NCBI GenBank assembly: GCA_977017575.1
Contig: CDRNVI010000002.1
Location: 62,001 to 126,000 of the forward strand
Direction of reading: 5' to 3'
Origin: Paramoeba atlantica
Lineage: Eukaryota > Protista > Discosea
Length of the DNA: 64,000 nucleotides
Below, in pieces: positions 1 to 11,100 of this stretch (within the stretch, counting starts at the first letter, position 1; each line of letters begins with the position of its first letter). The notes below the pieces were generated by a model. That model searched no databases and was not told where the DNA came from. It saw only the letters and a program-made list of their open reading frames with translations. Both the position numbers and the translations under genes were made by a program.

Positions 1-1042
1 CAGCGAGGGTAATTCCATGTAGACACGAGAGATCATGCTCAGCTATCGCCCTGGTGGAAAGCAAATAACCTCTTGCCAAGTTCAAGGATGCCCATAAAAG
101 CAGGATCGTGCGTTTGTGATGCGGGAGATTGTATGAGATAGCTTTTACTAGGGTTAACTCCGCGGTAAGTAGATTTCCGTTATGTATGTGATACAGAGCA
201 AAATAACAATAGAGAAGCGACGCCAGGTCATGTGAACAAGCAAGAGAGCATCTATCTACTTCTTCGCACGTTAAAACTATACTAACAGAAAATGGTGATA
301 GACGCCAAAGCTCAATAAGGAACACACTTATAGCCCTTTGAGCATTTTTGAAATGTTCCCCTACATGCATCTTTTCATGTGAAACAGTTGGAAGTTTTTG
401 CAAGCTCCGTATTTTCCTTAGCAAAACCATGTAACCCTTGATCAGCTCCTTCTTCAAAATCGATATTGGGTCCATTTCTGTACCCCCAACAGCTGAAAGC
501 AATCTAGCGCAAATTCGGGCTCTCTCGCAAAAAATTGGAACCAAGCATACGTCCGGATGACGGGTTACGTGCTGTAGGCTTGGACTTAACACTGAATCTA
601 CATAGAAATGAAGTGCAGTGCAAGCCCTCTCTACTGCAACTGTGAGACACTTCTCGAATAAATCATGCCCATTTCGGGCCTGATCTGTCAGATAATTTAC
701 ATTTGAAAGAAGGCTGCAAAGTATAACCCATTGAAACTTTCGCGGGAATCTCTTACTCACGAATTGAGGGGTACGTGAAGTAGAATGTAGTTTCTCCAGC
801 ACAGCCTTAATATTCTTTTCGTAACGAAAATCCTTACGCACTGGTTTTGCCGGAATGCCGGTCACAGGTTGTGTTTCTTCGGCGTCGCATACAAGAGCTT
901 CCTCACAAATCCTTTTCGCCTCGTACAAATCGTCTGTACCACATCCAGAGTTAAAGGCTATACTACATAGAGACGTGACAGCTTCCTGCGACGAATTGTT
1001 CAGATAGGCTGTTCGGAATTGCTTCAAGGTGCTTTCGAGCAT
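1..1042 (-). CDS. PCID2: PCI-domain protein, PCID2/Thp1/CSN12-like (C-terminus beyond left edge of window)
   Basis: Not in the ORF track. Manual translation from ATG at 1042 is open to position 1 (347 codons, MLESTLKQFR...). The end, YFALYHIHNGNLLTAELTLVKAISYNLPHHKRTILLLWASLNLARGYLLSTRAIAEHDLSCLHGITLA, follows the PCID2 pattern (Y..G...A...L..A ... KR.IL.YL.P..ML.G..P...L..YHL....V..A). Confidence 0.6.
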   Translation of the reverse strand, partial: MLESTLKQFRTAYLNNSSQEAVTSLCSIAFNSGCGTDDLYEAKRICEEALVCDAEETQPVTGIPAKPVRKDFRYEKNIKAVLEKLHSTSRTPQFVSKRFPRKFQWVILCSLLSNVNYLTDQARNGHDLFEKCLTVAVERACTALHFYVDSVLSPSLQHVTRHPDVCLVPIFCERARICARLLSAVGGTEMDPISILKKELIKGYMVLLRKIRSLQKLPTVSHEKMHVGEHFKNAQRAISVFLIELWRLSPFSVSIVLTCEEVDRCSLACSHDLASLLYCYFALYHIHNGNLLTAELTLVKAISYNLPHHKRTILLLWASLNLARGYLLSTRAIAEHDLSCLHGITLA

Positions 1043-1592
1043 TTACATATCAGTTTTCGAAAGGTTGACAAACGAGAAGGGTAATGGGACGCTTTCGATT
1101 TGTTTTAGAAAGCATACCGAACGAAATAATTTAAAGTTACAAATTGTTTTCATCATTACTGAACTTTATTATTTAGCGCACATTTACTTCCACTACATAT
1201 TACGTTTTTACTACTACGTAGTACTTTCGCATTCCTGATGCAGAATTCAGCATCATTCAGATGAATTGCTCTAGAAATAATAGAATATTGTCGCTATATG
1301 ATGCAAGATAAAGGATTAAATTCACCCGAAAAACAGGAATTGAACAGCAAATGCATAGTCAGTCATTCACATTTCTCAAAAAAAAGCGTTAACCCAGCTA
1401 GAAAAAGGGCTAAAGTTTGGAGTCTAGGTTTTGTTTTCAATCGCTGAGTATAATCTTTTCCCGAATAGACGTTGCAAGGCTGGTCGCCAAAGTGCTCGTG
1501 AGTGGTTGCAACTTGAGAGTAGTGATTAAGATTGAAACAAAGTACAGGAGCTAGCCATTTAACGTTTGAGACAAATTTATAAATTTCTGGCA

Positions 1593-2147
1593 CTAACGTT
1601 TTTGTACTACAAAAGCAGTACTTGTGTGTACTTCTATTTTGAGGTTCAAAATGACATATGAGGTAAAAGCAGCTCCCGAATCTGAAGATTTTTCATGTCC
1701 AAAAGTGGAAGTATTAATCGACTTCTTTGTCACAATTTCCAGATTGTCCAAAGGAAAGGTTTCAATTTCGCAGAAAGAGCCGTTGTCTTGTGCTTTCTTC
1801 TTTGGAGGGGCTGTGCCTGTGTGAACTAACACATTAACGCTTGGTAATTCGATACAGTTCGGATATTTTGCGCGGTATGCGGGAGGAAGTCTACGGCAAA
1901 CATGAGCAGCTGTACGCAACGCGATGGGAATTGTGCGCCCCACCGCTCGAATCTTCATGGATCGAACTCCCTTAATCAGCATAGAAATTATGTAGTCGGT
2001 GGCAGCATTGATACTAGTATTGGCACGAATATGCACCACACGAGGTCTTGGCACCGGAGCGACTGAAGATATAGAATAATTCCTATTTTCTTCGTTGTCA
2101 AACTGTTCGGACTGGACCTTGTTATCGAAGGATTGGAGCATTGACAT
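1593..2147 (-). CDS. Alba-family nucleic-acid-binding protein (Alba/Rpp25/Pop7 fold)
   Basis: VVHIRANTSINAATDYIISML...MKIRAVGRTIPIALRTAAHVCRR matches the Alba core (helix, then strand-A.G.AI..A...A). Confidence 0.6.
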   Translation of the reverse strand: MSMLQSFDNKVQSEQFDNEENRNYSISSVAPVPRPRVVHIRANTSINAATDYIISMLIKGVRSMKIRAVGRTIPIALRTAAHVCRRLPPAYRAKYPNCIELPSVNVLVHTGTAPPKKKAQDNGSFCEIETFPLDNLEIVTKKSINTSTFGHEKSSDSGAAFTSYVILNLKIEVHTSTAFVVQKR

Positions 2148-2443
2148 ACATGTACTACCAAAATGTCATAGTTGATACACAATTGTAGTTTTAAACCGTG
2201 ATTGAATGCCGAGTATAGAACAAAACAGCCTTTTAATTTTATTTTGAAAAAAGTTTTGAAAGGACACAACAGACATGAACTAACGAAAACAAAACGGGAG
2301 TGAATGCAGAAGAACACTTGTTTCATTAGTACTGAGATTTAGTATTTATTGACTTCACATGTATGAAAATAGAATTACAGCTCGTGCACATCGTATACAA
2401 TGCGTACGGAGCACAGCGCACTAGAGGCACACATCAGTACGCA

Positions 2444-3007
2444 TTAAGAATTACTCGAACGATCGTATAGCACTGTAAGCACATATGTAGAATTGTCTTT
2501 CCAATGCGTCTGTAAACTTTTTCTGTTTAAGCTGGAATTGTTGGGTAGTTTGATAGCGATAGTACGATACGGTTCACACGCTACGAGTAAATAAAGAAAT
2601 CGAGAATCCGGCGGTTGTTCTTTCTGCTGTTCGTACGCCGACATGACGCGATGTACGGGACGAGAAATAGGCTTAATCAAAGTAAAAGAAATCGTAATGC
2701 AAACTGTACATTGCTCAGTCACCGGTTCAAAAAATTTCACAACTTTGCATTGCGGAGCAGGAGCATTGGAGTACTTAGGAGGCTTAGCGGCTTGACTCGA
2801 CGTTCCTCGTTTAGCTGCTTGCATGCTTTGTAAAACGCGGCGTTGTTGTTCGGCAGTTTCTTCCATTTTTTTGGACCGATCAACGTTGGTCTTATGGCGC
2901 CGTCCTTCAACATGTATTAGGTAGTTTGCTTCAGAAGCATGCGTCGTGAGACACTTTTTACAGTGGTATGTCCCAGACGGACCCCTAGCCATGTATGGAT
3001 CAGTCAT
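2444..3007 (-). CDS. SF3A2: U2 snRNP splicing factor 3A subunit 2 (SF3a66/Prp11)
   Basis: DPYM...G.Y.CK.CLTTH.SE.NYL.H.EGRRH..N matrin zinc finger, plus C-terminal RP.HR.MSAYEQ..E.PPD....YLLVACEPY.TIA.K.P. First ATG at 3007; the track extends to 3031. Confidence 0.93.
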   Translation of the reverse strand: MTDPYMARGPSGTYHCKKCLTTHASEANYLIHVEGRRHKTNVDRSKKMEETAEQQRRVLQSMQAAKRGTSSQAAKPPKYSNAPAPQCKVVKFFEPVTEQCTVCITISFTLIKPISRPVHRVMSAYEQQKEQPPDSRFLYLLVACEPYRTIAIKLPNNSSLNRKSLQTHWKDNSTYVLTVLYDRSSNS

Positions 3008-3388
3008 ATCAATTACATGTATATTAAACAAAATTTCCCTACAATAGCAGTGAAAAAATGTCGCTGGTTCCTAGCACTCGATGACAGACTGTGTAAGAAA
3101 AGAAAGCTTCAAACATATAAAAAACTTTTCTATACTGCCACTCATTAACAATTCTGGGAAAATATCAGATGAAGGTAAAAACCTAAGCATTCATAATTCT
3201 CAAGCATTCAATCGAAGCCAGCGATGCGATATTTCATCATAGAAGTACATGTTCAATATTGTTCCCTCATTATTTATCACATGCCAGTCCCGGGTTGTCA
3301 TGTCAACATCTACATTTGTAGATCTATGTACAGTTGTGGATGTTGTTTTTCAATCGTTACCAAGTAATGTATCACTCTTTTCTTAATA

Positions 3389-3720
3389 CTGTACCCCCCC
3401 GTTTATAATAGCCTCGATTTTGCCCAAATGAACCTATAAAGGGGGGAGGGCGATGGAAGATTAAAAGTTGGCACCGAAATCGCCCTACATTTTATAGCGA
3501 GGATCAAATAATTATTCAATCGCTAAGTGTGCCCCGGCGATCTGCCAAAGTAAAATGTCCAGTACCACCCCGCGCCATACCTCGCAGAACTATGTGAAAA
3601 TAAATATCAAAATCTTTAAGACGGTGCAAGAAAATTGAAAAAGTCTTCCTTGGTTTGCCAAAAAAAAGAACCTATAAAGGGGGGGAGGGGTCGAGGCTAT
3701 TATAAACAGAGGGGGTACAG
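3389..3720. mobile_element. MITE-1: 332-bp non-autonomous Tc1/mariner-superfamily (pogo-like) element
   Basis: TIRs ctgtacccccccgtttataatagcctcga (3389-3417) and tcgaggctattataaacagagggggtacag (3691-3720), flanked by TA at 3387-88 and 3721-22. Subterminal motif gaacctataaagggggg(g)aggg at 3430-3450 and 3668-3690. Confidence 0.85.
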
Positions 3721-4184
3721 TAATATTACGAAAAAATACATATTAAATACATGTTTCTTTCTTAAGTATTTTCCTCACCGTCTTTCGGCCAATTTTCGTG
3801 CGTCATGTCGGAATTACAGGGAAAAGGCCGTAGTTCATCATCTTAAGGTCATCCACTCTCTCGGGATACTTTTATGAAGAGGAAACGCATATTCACCGCC
3901 AATAAATCTTTTTCCAAATTTACACTACATGAAAGTCTTTCCGATAAGGGAAAAGGAGCGTAAAAAATGCGAAAAATGTTGGGGTGCAAAAAATACAAGA
4001 AACATCACACATGCCTCCGAGTACAATCGATGAAAGAATAGTATTCTTTAAGAATACAGTAATTGATGAATCAATAGTCTCAATATAGTTTAAGAAACTA
4101 TTTTCTGCGTACATTTTTTACGCAGCAATGTGCAACTGACCATTCTCTGAATTGTGACTTTTAATGTATCCAGACAACCAGCCT

Positions 4185-4327
4185 CTTGGGGAACAACAAG
4201 GAACTGCGAAACTATTCGCAGTAGCTTCGTAGCTTCGTCTGGCGCATCAGGAAGTCGCCCGAATGGAAAGGAGGCGGTTAGGTTAGAAATAACGTCTATG
4301 CGAGTTCGTCGTATGCGACCGTCGCAT
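4185..4327. repeat. Dispersed structured repeat, copy 1 (homologous to 55012-55164)
   Basis: Core 4248-4304 matches 55099-55154 at 48/57 nt. Flanking hairpins actgcgaa-acta-ttcgcagt and atgcgac-c-gtcgcat. Confidence 0.7.
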
Positions 4328-4643
4328 ATGATGTCATACTACACATACCTTATTGTACTTTATTTGTGTAGAATAAACTAATTCATCATTGTTTACTGCG
4401 CGCATGAAAATGTGTCATGAAGGAATTTAAAGGACTTCAATTGAGTACATTCTCAATCGACAGACTAGTTTCCCATGGAGTTGGAAGCATGAATTATCAC
4501 CAAAAACTTGATGTAGGGCTCTTTGTTCGCGCAGTGGGGGTGTATACAACAGTAGGTTGGACTCGTCATGTCAACTGGGATTGCAGAGCTAGCAAATTTT
4601 AAAGGGAAAATGAGATAGGAGTCCGTATGTAAGGATAAATCAC

Positions 4644-5264
4644 TTAACTCCTTTGAAACATAATTCTGTGCACAAGTGTATGAATCCATCTGTCTACAAT
4701 TTGTGTAGTACGATCAAGACATCGACGGGGCATGACGCAAAAATGAGAAAATGATCCGAAGCAGACTCCGAGCAGTGTACCTACGAATACTTGTGCGACT
4801 GTGTGATGTGATGTATAAACCCTGGAAAATCCAAGCAAAGTTAGCACAAGTAAGCCACAGCAAGAAAAAATGTAAATAAATTCTTTTCGAAGCTGCAATC
4901 TAGTTCGGTGGAGAGATATGTAAAGAAGAACACTAATTACAAAAGCACCCATAAATTGTGCGTGAGAACTCGGCATTCCATAACCTCTGTGTGTGCAGGT
5001 TGGGGCGTTCAAATCTGTCGGACGAATTTGAGCTAATGCCTGTTTGCAGATAATATTCAATAACTCGTTGAGTCCAAGTACTAGAATCAACCGCAAACTC
5101 AGAAGTCGCATTTCATCAACTGAAGTCAGCGTCATGACACCAAGAGAGACGACAATAACCTGCGGAAGCAGGGAGAGCAGACCAAGAAAAAAACCTAGGG
5201 AATCATCCTCGTTGTACCACACGTGTGTGAAATAGAATGAACGAATTTTGATCGGTGCATTCAT
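4644..5264 (-). CDS. DOLPP1: Dolichyldiphosphatase (PAP2 superfamily, DOLPP1/Cwh8)
   Basis: PAP2 motifs KQALAQIRP, GMPSSHAQFM and SRVYTSHHTVAQVFVG, with several TM helices. Confidence 0.88.
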   Translation of the reverse strand: MNAPIKIRSFYFTHVWYNEDDSLGFFLGLLSLLPQVIVVSLGVMTLTSVDEMRLLSLRLILVLGLNELLNIICKQALAQIRPTDLNAPTCTHRGYGMPSSHAQFMGAFVISVLLYISLHRTRLQLRKEFIYIFSCCGLLVLTLLGFSRVYTSHHTVAQVFVGTLLGVCFGSFSHFCVMPRRCLDRTTQIVDRWIHTLVHRIMFQRS

Positions 5265-5617
5265 GAGAATTACTAAACTAATTCCGACTAAAAGGACTAT
5301 CGGCTAAACTAATTGTAGAACTAAGCAATGAGAATGTGTACACGAAAAAAATTGAAGAAGTATAAAAAACAAGATAACCAGGAGTTTGATCCGTAACTAG
5401 TGCGAAAACGCACAAAACCAACTTGAAAAGCGACAGCATACACAAAAACATGTTTAAGAAAATTTGGCATATTTATCGGCACGATTTCATTTCATAGCAT
5501 TGATTTTACTCCAAGACATATTTTTAAGAAAAAAGACCTGTTGCGTTGAATAAATATCTTCATATTGTAGAAACGGTCTTCCTGGCTTGCCTCCTCGCAG
5601 AGAAACACCTTTTACAA

Positions 5618-6571
5618 TCATTCATGTAGCGCCGTTGCGGCAAAGGAATTCCTAGCCATCTCCTTGGAGAATTCTATGAGGTGGTCACAATCTTCCTGCA
5701 ATTGCCGCGAGAGCAACAAGCAGTTGTGTCTCGCCTCCCCTTCCTGCTCTTTTGTGAGCTCCCTAGATTTTCTACGCGACCACTTAAGATCCAAACAATC
5801 GCCCAGACTGCGACTTAATTCCTCAATCGATCCCGTAAGATCGGTGTAACTACGTTTTAAATAAGCCGTTTGCTCACGCTCCGCTAACACTGAATTCCCG
5901 TCACAGCTCTCATACTGTATCGCATTCTCCCGCAGAAAAACCTGCGCCAGCAACGGCACATGCACACTATACGACACTTCCCGGTAAACCCCCTCCCCTT
6001 TCAACATCTCCTGCATCTCCGGACATTGCGGGGAAAAATCCCCCCGTCGACGCAACGCCTTATACGCCTTGCTCAGCTGCAACACCCGCAGCACACACCC
6101 CCCTGCCATCGAGCGCCACGGGTCGTACACCACCAGCACGAAATTCGGACTCGAGAGCTCATACGCCCCCTGGGCGTCCAACACCTCCCGGGAGGTTGGG
6201 GCATCGGCTCCCCCGAGCCGGTACCACCCCACCACCTCACTGTCGTACTGGATCTTCCGCAACAGCTCCGCGAGAGTGGTCTGGTAACTTTGGCGCTCCT
6301 CTAGAAACTTCTTCGCCGCGAGCTCCCGCGCGGCCTCGCTGTCGAAATGGGAGCCGGTGTCTTTCTCCGGGGGCAGCCCGCTCTGGTGCGTCACCTCCAA
6401 GGTGTCCCCGAGCTGCAGGCCGAACAGGTAGCCCTCCTCGGAGACCCCCTCGTGGTCGGTTTGGATCAGGCTGGTGATGACTTTGAGGTCAAACACGACG
6501 TGGGCGAGCGGGTCGGTGAGTACGGGGAGGGGGTAGGTGACTTCGGGCTTCGTGGTGGTGAGGTTGAACAT
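5618..6571 (-). CDS. EIF3H: Eukaryotic translation initiation factor 3 subunit H (MPN domain)
   Basis: GYLFGL...LEVTH, LR.IQYDSEVVGWY and Q.AYE....FVLVVYDP.RS..G...LRVLQLS match eIF3h MPN motifs. Confidence 0.82.
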   Translation of the reverse strand: MFNLTTTKPEVTYPLPVLTDPLAHVVFDLKVITSLIQTDHEGVSEEGYLFGLQLGDTLEVTHQSGLPPEKDTGSHFDSEAARELAAKKFLEERQSYQTTLAELLRKIQYDSEVVGWYRLGGADAPTSREVLDAQGAYELSSPNFVLVVYDPWRSMAGGCVLRVLQLSKAYKALRRRGDFSPQCPEMQEMLKGEGVYREVSYSVHVPLLAQVFLRENAIQYESCDGNSVLAEREQTAYLKRSYTDLTGSIEELSRSLGDCLDLKWSRRKSRELTKEQEGEARHNCLLLSRQLQEDCDHLIEFSKEMARNSFAATALHE

Positions 6572-6660
6572 GGAGAAAAAAGGGAGGGGAGGGAAAGGGG
6601 AGGAAAGAAAGGAGGTTCGTTATTACGTTGTTTTTCTTTAAAAAGGAGGTGCAAAGGAAA
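5930..6660. other. GC-rich island with central C-to-G strand-skew switch (about 6320)
   Basis: + strand counts: 6061-6120 has 28 C and 11 G; 6481-6540 has 29 G and 9 C. The G/A-rich tract continues past the start codon to about 6660. Confidence 0.7.
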
Positions 6661-6719
6661 GAGCAGGGTGGAGAGGAAGTTGTAATCGTTGTACAAAGTG
6701 TATAAAAGAGGAAAGTAAG

Positions 6720-6776
6720 TTTTTTTTGTAATCCCGCGAACCCATTAGCGCACAGAAAGGAAGAATGTGGCGTGCG
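6720..6776 (-). mobile_element. Orphan 3' tail of the CRE-like retroelement with A8 tail
   Basis: + strand T8 (6720-27), atcccgcgaacccattagcgcac (6731-53) and ggcgtgcg (6769-76) parallel the element end at 28243-28308 (T7, atccccgtggcccaattagcgcac, ggcgtgcg). Confidence 0.4.
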
Positions 6777-6933
6777 GTGGGGTGAACTCGGAGACTGGGT
6801 ACAAACACAGGTAGGTATTGAACCCTGGATGGGAAATCGGTTTTGCGTGTGTCACATGTACCGGGATGTTGCTATCTAGGCTGAAAGGATAATAAGATTT
6901 CGTTCTAGAAAATAAAACAAAAAGTTACCGAGG

Positions 6934-7740
6934 TTAAACTTTGTTAGTCAAGAGTCTTAGAGCCGCTCTCGCTTTCTCCGTCTGTTGTCGCGTTTCTGCC
7001 TGTCGTGAGTAGTATTTGAAGTAAACTTTTGCTAGAGTTCTTTTTTTGCTCCACAATGCGCAATATCCACAGTACAAGAAGGATTCATTCAGTAAACATT
7101 GATCATTGAGTTGTGTCGCAATTTTCCTGAGTTGAAGGGCACACTGCAGTGCTGGTTTCGCATAGCGTAGAGCTGCAAAACCACCACCAAGAGAGGCGAA
7201 ATAACCCTGAAGAGACCTTAATTGTGCCTTATAACACACCTCTTTGTACGCGTACCTGGCGCTTTGTGTGACAGGGAGCAAGTACCTGCACGGGTCAGGG
7301 GGCAACACTGCTGTCAACGTGTAGATTTTCACACCGAAAGGGTCGGAAGAAAGTGTTTCTGTATCTACTAATACATCAATAGGTATCTTGGAAAAAGTAC
7401 CAACAGTGTCTTGTACAGTGAAAAATACATGCCGTTCGGATACAGTTTTATTCGTGAATGAGGAAAAGTAGTAGATCACAATTTGTCGCACACAAGCCGT
7501 GTATTCCCAAGATGAAGCTGAAGCATTTCCCGCACACTTCAAGATGGCTTCTATGAACGCTGAGGAAACATTCTTGACAGAGGTACAATAGTCGGGATCA
7601 CGAAATTCTATAAAAATAACGAAGAAACGAATTTTGCCACGACTGTTGTTCGGATTTCTACGAAACGTTATGACGTTAACTCCGGAAGCGGATGTGTACT
7701 TCGTAAAGTACTCCCTAGAAAAATGAATCATGATGTACAC
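6934..7740 (-). CDS. Hypothetical protein with C-terminal DUF4807-like domain
   Basis: C-terminal SLGGGFAAL...ALQCALQLRKIATQLNDQCLLNESFLYCGY resembles the DUF4807 pattern (TLGG.FSAL...QL..A..L.D....C.LY). Recalled from memory, not searched. Confidence 0.5.
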   Translation of the reverse strand: MYIMIHFSREYFTKYTSASGVNVITFRRNPNNSRGKIRFFVIFIEFRDPDYCTSVKNVSSAFIEAILKCAGNASASSWEYTACVRQIVIYYFSSFTNKTVSERHVFFTVQDTVGTFSKIPIDVLVDTETLSSDPFGVKIYTLTAVLPPDPCRYLLPVTQSARYAYKEVCYKAQLRSLQGYFASLGGGFAALRYAKPALQCALQLRKIATQLNDQCLLNESFLYCGYCALWSKKRTLAKVYFKYYSRQAETRQQTEKARAALRLLTNKV

Positions 7741-8169
7741 ACGTATACGTCGGCTTGTGCGTTACTTACACTATCCAAAAATACAGTATACGAGTCCTCG
7801 CCTTCAACACCTCCTGAGGATTCCTATAAATTACCTTTGACAAAAGAATTTCTTTTGCCCAGTTTAAACCCCGAAAAGTTTTAGAGCTTCCACCACCCCT
7901 CCGAGTTCTTCAGGAACGGGGAAAACAGTTCGACCGTCATCACTTGAAGAGAAGAAGCTAAATAAGGCATATCAAGAATTGCAAGACATAAGGCGAAGCA
8001 GGGTGCGATATAAATTTTATGAAATGATATAAATCGTAAATGTAAGTAACACACATGTGCACACTTTTCTGTAGACGCTTGAATCAAGTGAAAGATTGAA
8101 TACGTTTACTTCCACCATATGATACATAATGTATACATGTACATGTATATACTACGCTGACATCTACTT

Positions 8170-11100
8170 TCACACACGGCCATTGTCCGTAGGGATTCTG
8201 CTTTCATCTGTGAACACTCGGATGTGCTTCGCTATATTTGTCATTTCCGTTTTCAAAACATCTACGGGACAGGAATGTTGGTAGGCTATCGCCAACACAT
8301 GCTCCATTTTATCCATCAAATGAATATAAAGAAGGCGAGGAATGGCATCCTCGTTAACACCAAGCCATCCTAGCACGGTGCGTATGTGAAAGGTCGCATC
8401 CCCCACAACACGTATTTCGGGGACAAAATGAGTTTCGACACTAGCATGAAATGATCTGATATCTTCTAGCTCACGAAAAATTGAGCCGCTTTCTCCGCTT
8501 GACTCAATATTGTTCCATTTTTGACGTTGCGTAAAACTTCTAACCGTTCGGTTAATAACTTCGAAATCCACTACATGTGGTGAGCCATGCCAAGGCTCGT
8601 GACTCAAAAATTTGAAAATAAAACGCACGTCTGGGGAACCTGTGATTTGTGATGTGCTCATTTCGAATTGATTCTGTCCCGATGCTCCAATAATTGAAGA
8701 TACTTTTCGGTCTTGTGATTTGCGAAAGATATCCCAACTGTGTATTGTCAATTCAAGTATCTTTCTAGATATGTTTTTGTCGACACACTGTGCGTATTGC
8801 GCAGTTAGCCCACGCGAAGTCCATAACAAGGCGGCCGAGTCGTAACCTTGCGATAGTTCTCCGAGCGTTAGAACAACGTCCCTGAGTGAGAATTTCAATT
8901 GGCCTATTGGCAAGAAGGAACGACAAAGCATATGCGGTATATTTTGTAGAGCAATAGTTTGTTCTGCAGACAAGGCATTTTTTGTTGACGTGTTATGTGT
9001 GTAACCTTCAAGTTTCTGATACGCTTTGCGCTTTTCCGAAGACATACTTTTACGCACCTCGACTGCTAGACGTACAAGGGCTTGTTCTATATCAGGACTT
9101 ACTGACAAGTGGGTGCGGTCTGTCATTGCATCAACAAATACATGGTGGTGACATGTAGACCCGCGTATGTTTTCGTCATAAAAACGAAATCCGGCTCCGG
9201 TAATATCTGCACTAAAAAGGTCTCGAACGTGCCGTTCGCGCAAAGTAAATCGTACTTGAGGCACAGTCAGATATGTCTGAAACGATGGTAATTCTTGATG
9301 ACCATCTGGATAATGCTTCGTATATCTGGCTCCAATACCTTGCTGGGTTGTCAGACTGCCCGTAAGTAGACCTTCGCATTTAGAGCTGAAATCCGAAGAT
9401 TGTATTTCAAAAATAGTGAGGAGACTCGTTCCAGATTCGGGTAGACAAGTTTGGGACATTGAACCTACTAATCGCGATACAGTAAGATCGTACTTGTTCA
9501 TAGGGCTCAGATCAACGTGAATTTTGGCCGTTTCTAGTTGCCCAACCAGTGTTATAAACTTATAAAATTGCTTTCGTGGTGGATTTACTTTTATGTGCTC
9601 TGTGTTATTAACCGTCGGAAGTTCCGTTATCTGCTGAGAGCTGGATAGAGTGATGGCTTCCTGTTTTTTCGCTATCCATACCTTGATGAAGGTGTACCAC
9701 TGAGATATATGAGTGCAGCGACAAATGATCTCTGGTTTCTTGGTTCCATGTTCCATTGCACCAAAACTAATTCTTAATGAATTCGTCCTTGGACTGGCTT
9801 CAACAACAAAAATTGGCACACTGATTTCAAGAAATTTAATTTCCATTCGTGCTTGAACTTCAACGCGAACCTTTTGCAATAGTAGCGTTACGTGCGTCGC
9901 CTTTCTACTAAGTGAATTGTGCTTCGCAATAAATGCATTAATGTAACCATCTTCTTCAATAAAGAAATTTAACGATGATGTCAGCGATGAGAGCGAGGGG
10001 CCGATCAGGGATACGCGAAACGGTACACTCCGGAAACTTGCCTGCCATATAGATGACTTTTTTGTTTGGAGATTTGAGTCAGAAGGTGAGAGCGCAACAT
10101 TAGACTCTTTATTTACATTTAATATTCTTGCTATCCGCGTCTTAAGAAAAGCAGTCGGAATAGGAATCATATCTTCTTTTTCTGTAATTTTCTGGATATT
10201 AATGAGGGATTGAATGCGCTTTTCCATTGCTTTCGACCAATCTCGCGAAAACGTATCATATTGTTCGAAGAAGTACATTACATTGGGAGAAATCTCCATG
10301 TTTTCTGGAAAGAACTCTACGTGCAGCTTCCCAAATGAGTCAATAGCTGCGTTGGAGCTATATGTGCACGTATAATTCGAAAGCGCGCAAATTTTGGGAA
10401 GAGGTAAAGTGACCAATGAAGCCATCTCTTGAGCCTGATTAGGCCTGTATATCCGATTTGTCATTGAAATGTCGATGAAGGGTTGATATGCATTCTTCTC
10501 CGTATCGGGAAATCGAGTCGACCAGTCAGCTTCTGAATGATGTCGCGAAACACCAGTTGCTAATCTCAGGCTCCCACCTTCCATTTCAAGAAGAAAATTT
10601 AAAGATTGCAATATTTTTTTTGTATTGCTTCTTGCCTTCTCTTCATCGGGAAGTGCGCCCAAAATAGAACAAACGTCCTTCATGCAAAGAATAATCATAG
10701 GATCTATAGTTGCAAGTGGGCCGTCGATAAGCATTTGTACATCAGCACTTACTTCTTTGGAAGACATGCATAGTTCCAAACTGACCTCACTACGTGGAAC
10801 GCATATCCCGTTGGATGTCTTTCGACATTCTGCAGCTGTGGGACTCTCGAAATAGCCACTTCCCCCAATAATTTTTTGTTTTTTGAGAATGTTTAACCAC
10901 GAACTTTTATTTTCCGGACGAACGCCTTGATGCACGTAAAGCGTCAAAGTTTCAACAACGCCTTCTGCTCTGATGATGCGAAGAGGATCTTTCTGAGATT
11001 GATCAATTTGTATTTGTAGCTCCAAGGCATCCCAATATACTTTGATCGCATAAAGAGGGATACACTGCTCTTGTACAATAACCATGGACTCTAGTGCAGT

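Noticed and set aside
1363-1593. 76-aa ORF overlapping the Alba stop codon (TAGTG)
   Set aside because: GTG start, different frame from Alba and no motif; no evidence for readthrough or coupling.
4276-4286. GGTTAGGTTAG telomere-like motif
   Set aside because: Only two imperfect units, and part of the dispersed repeat; no TTAGGG array in the window.
3297-4577. Shared 11-mer gtcatgtcaac at about 3297 and 4566
   Set aside because: No extendable alignment on either side; compatible with chance.
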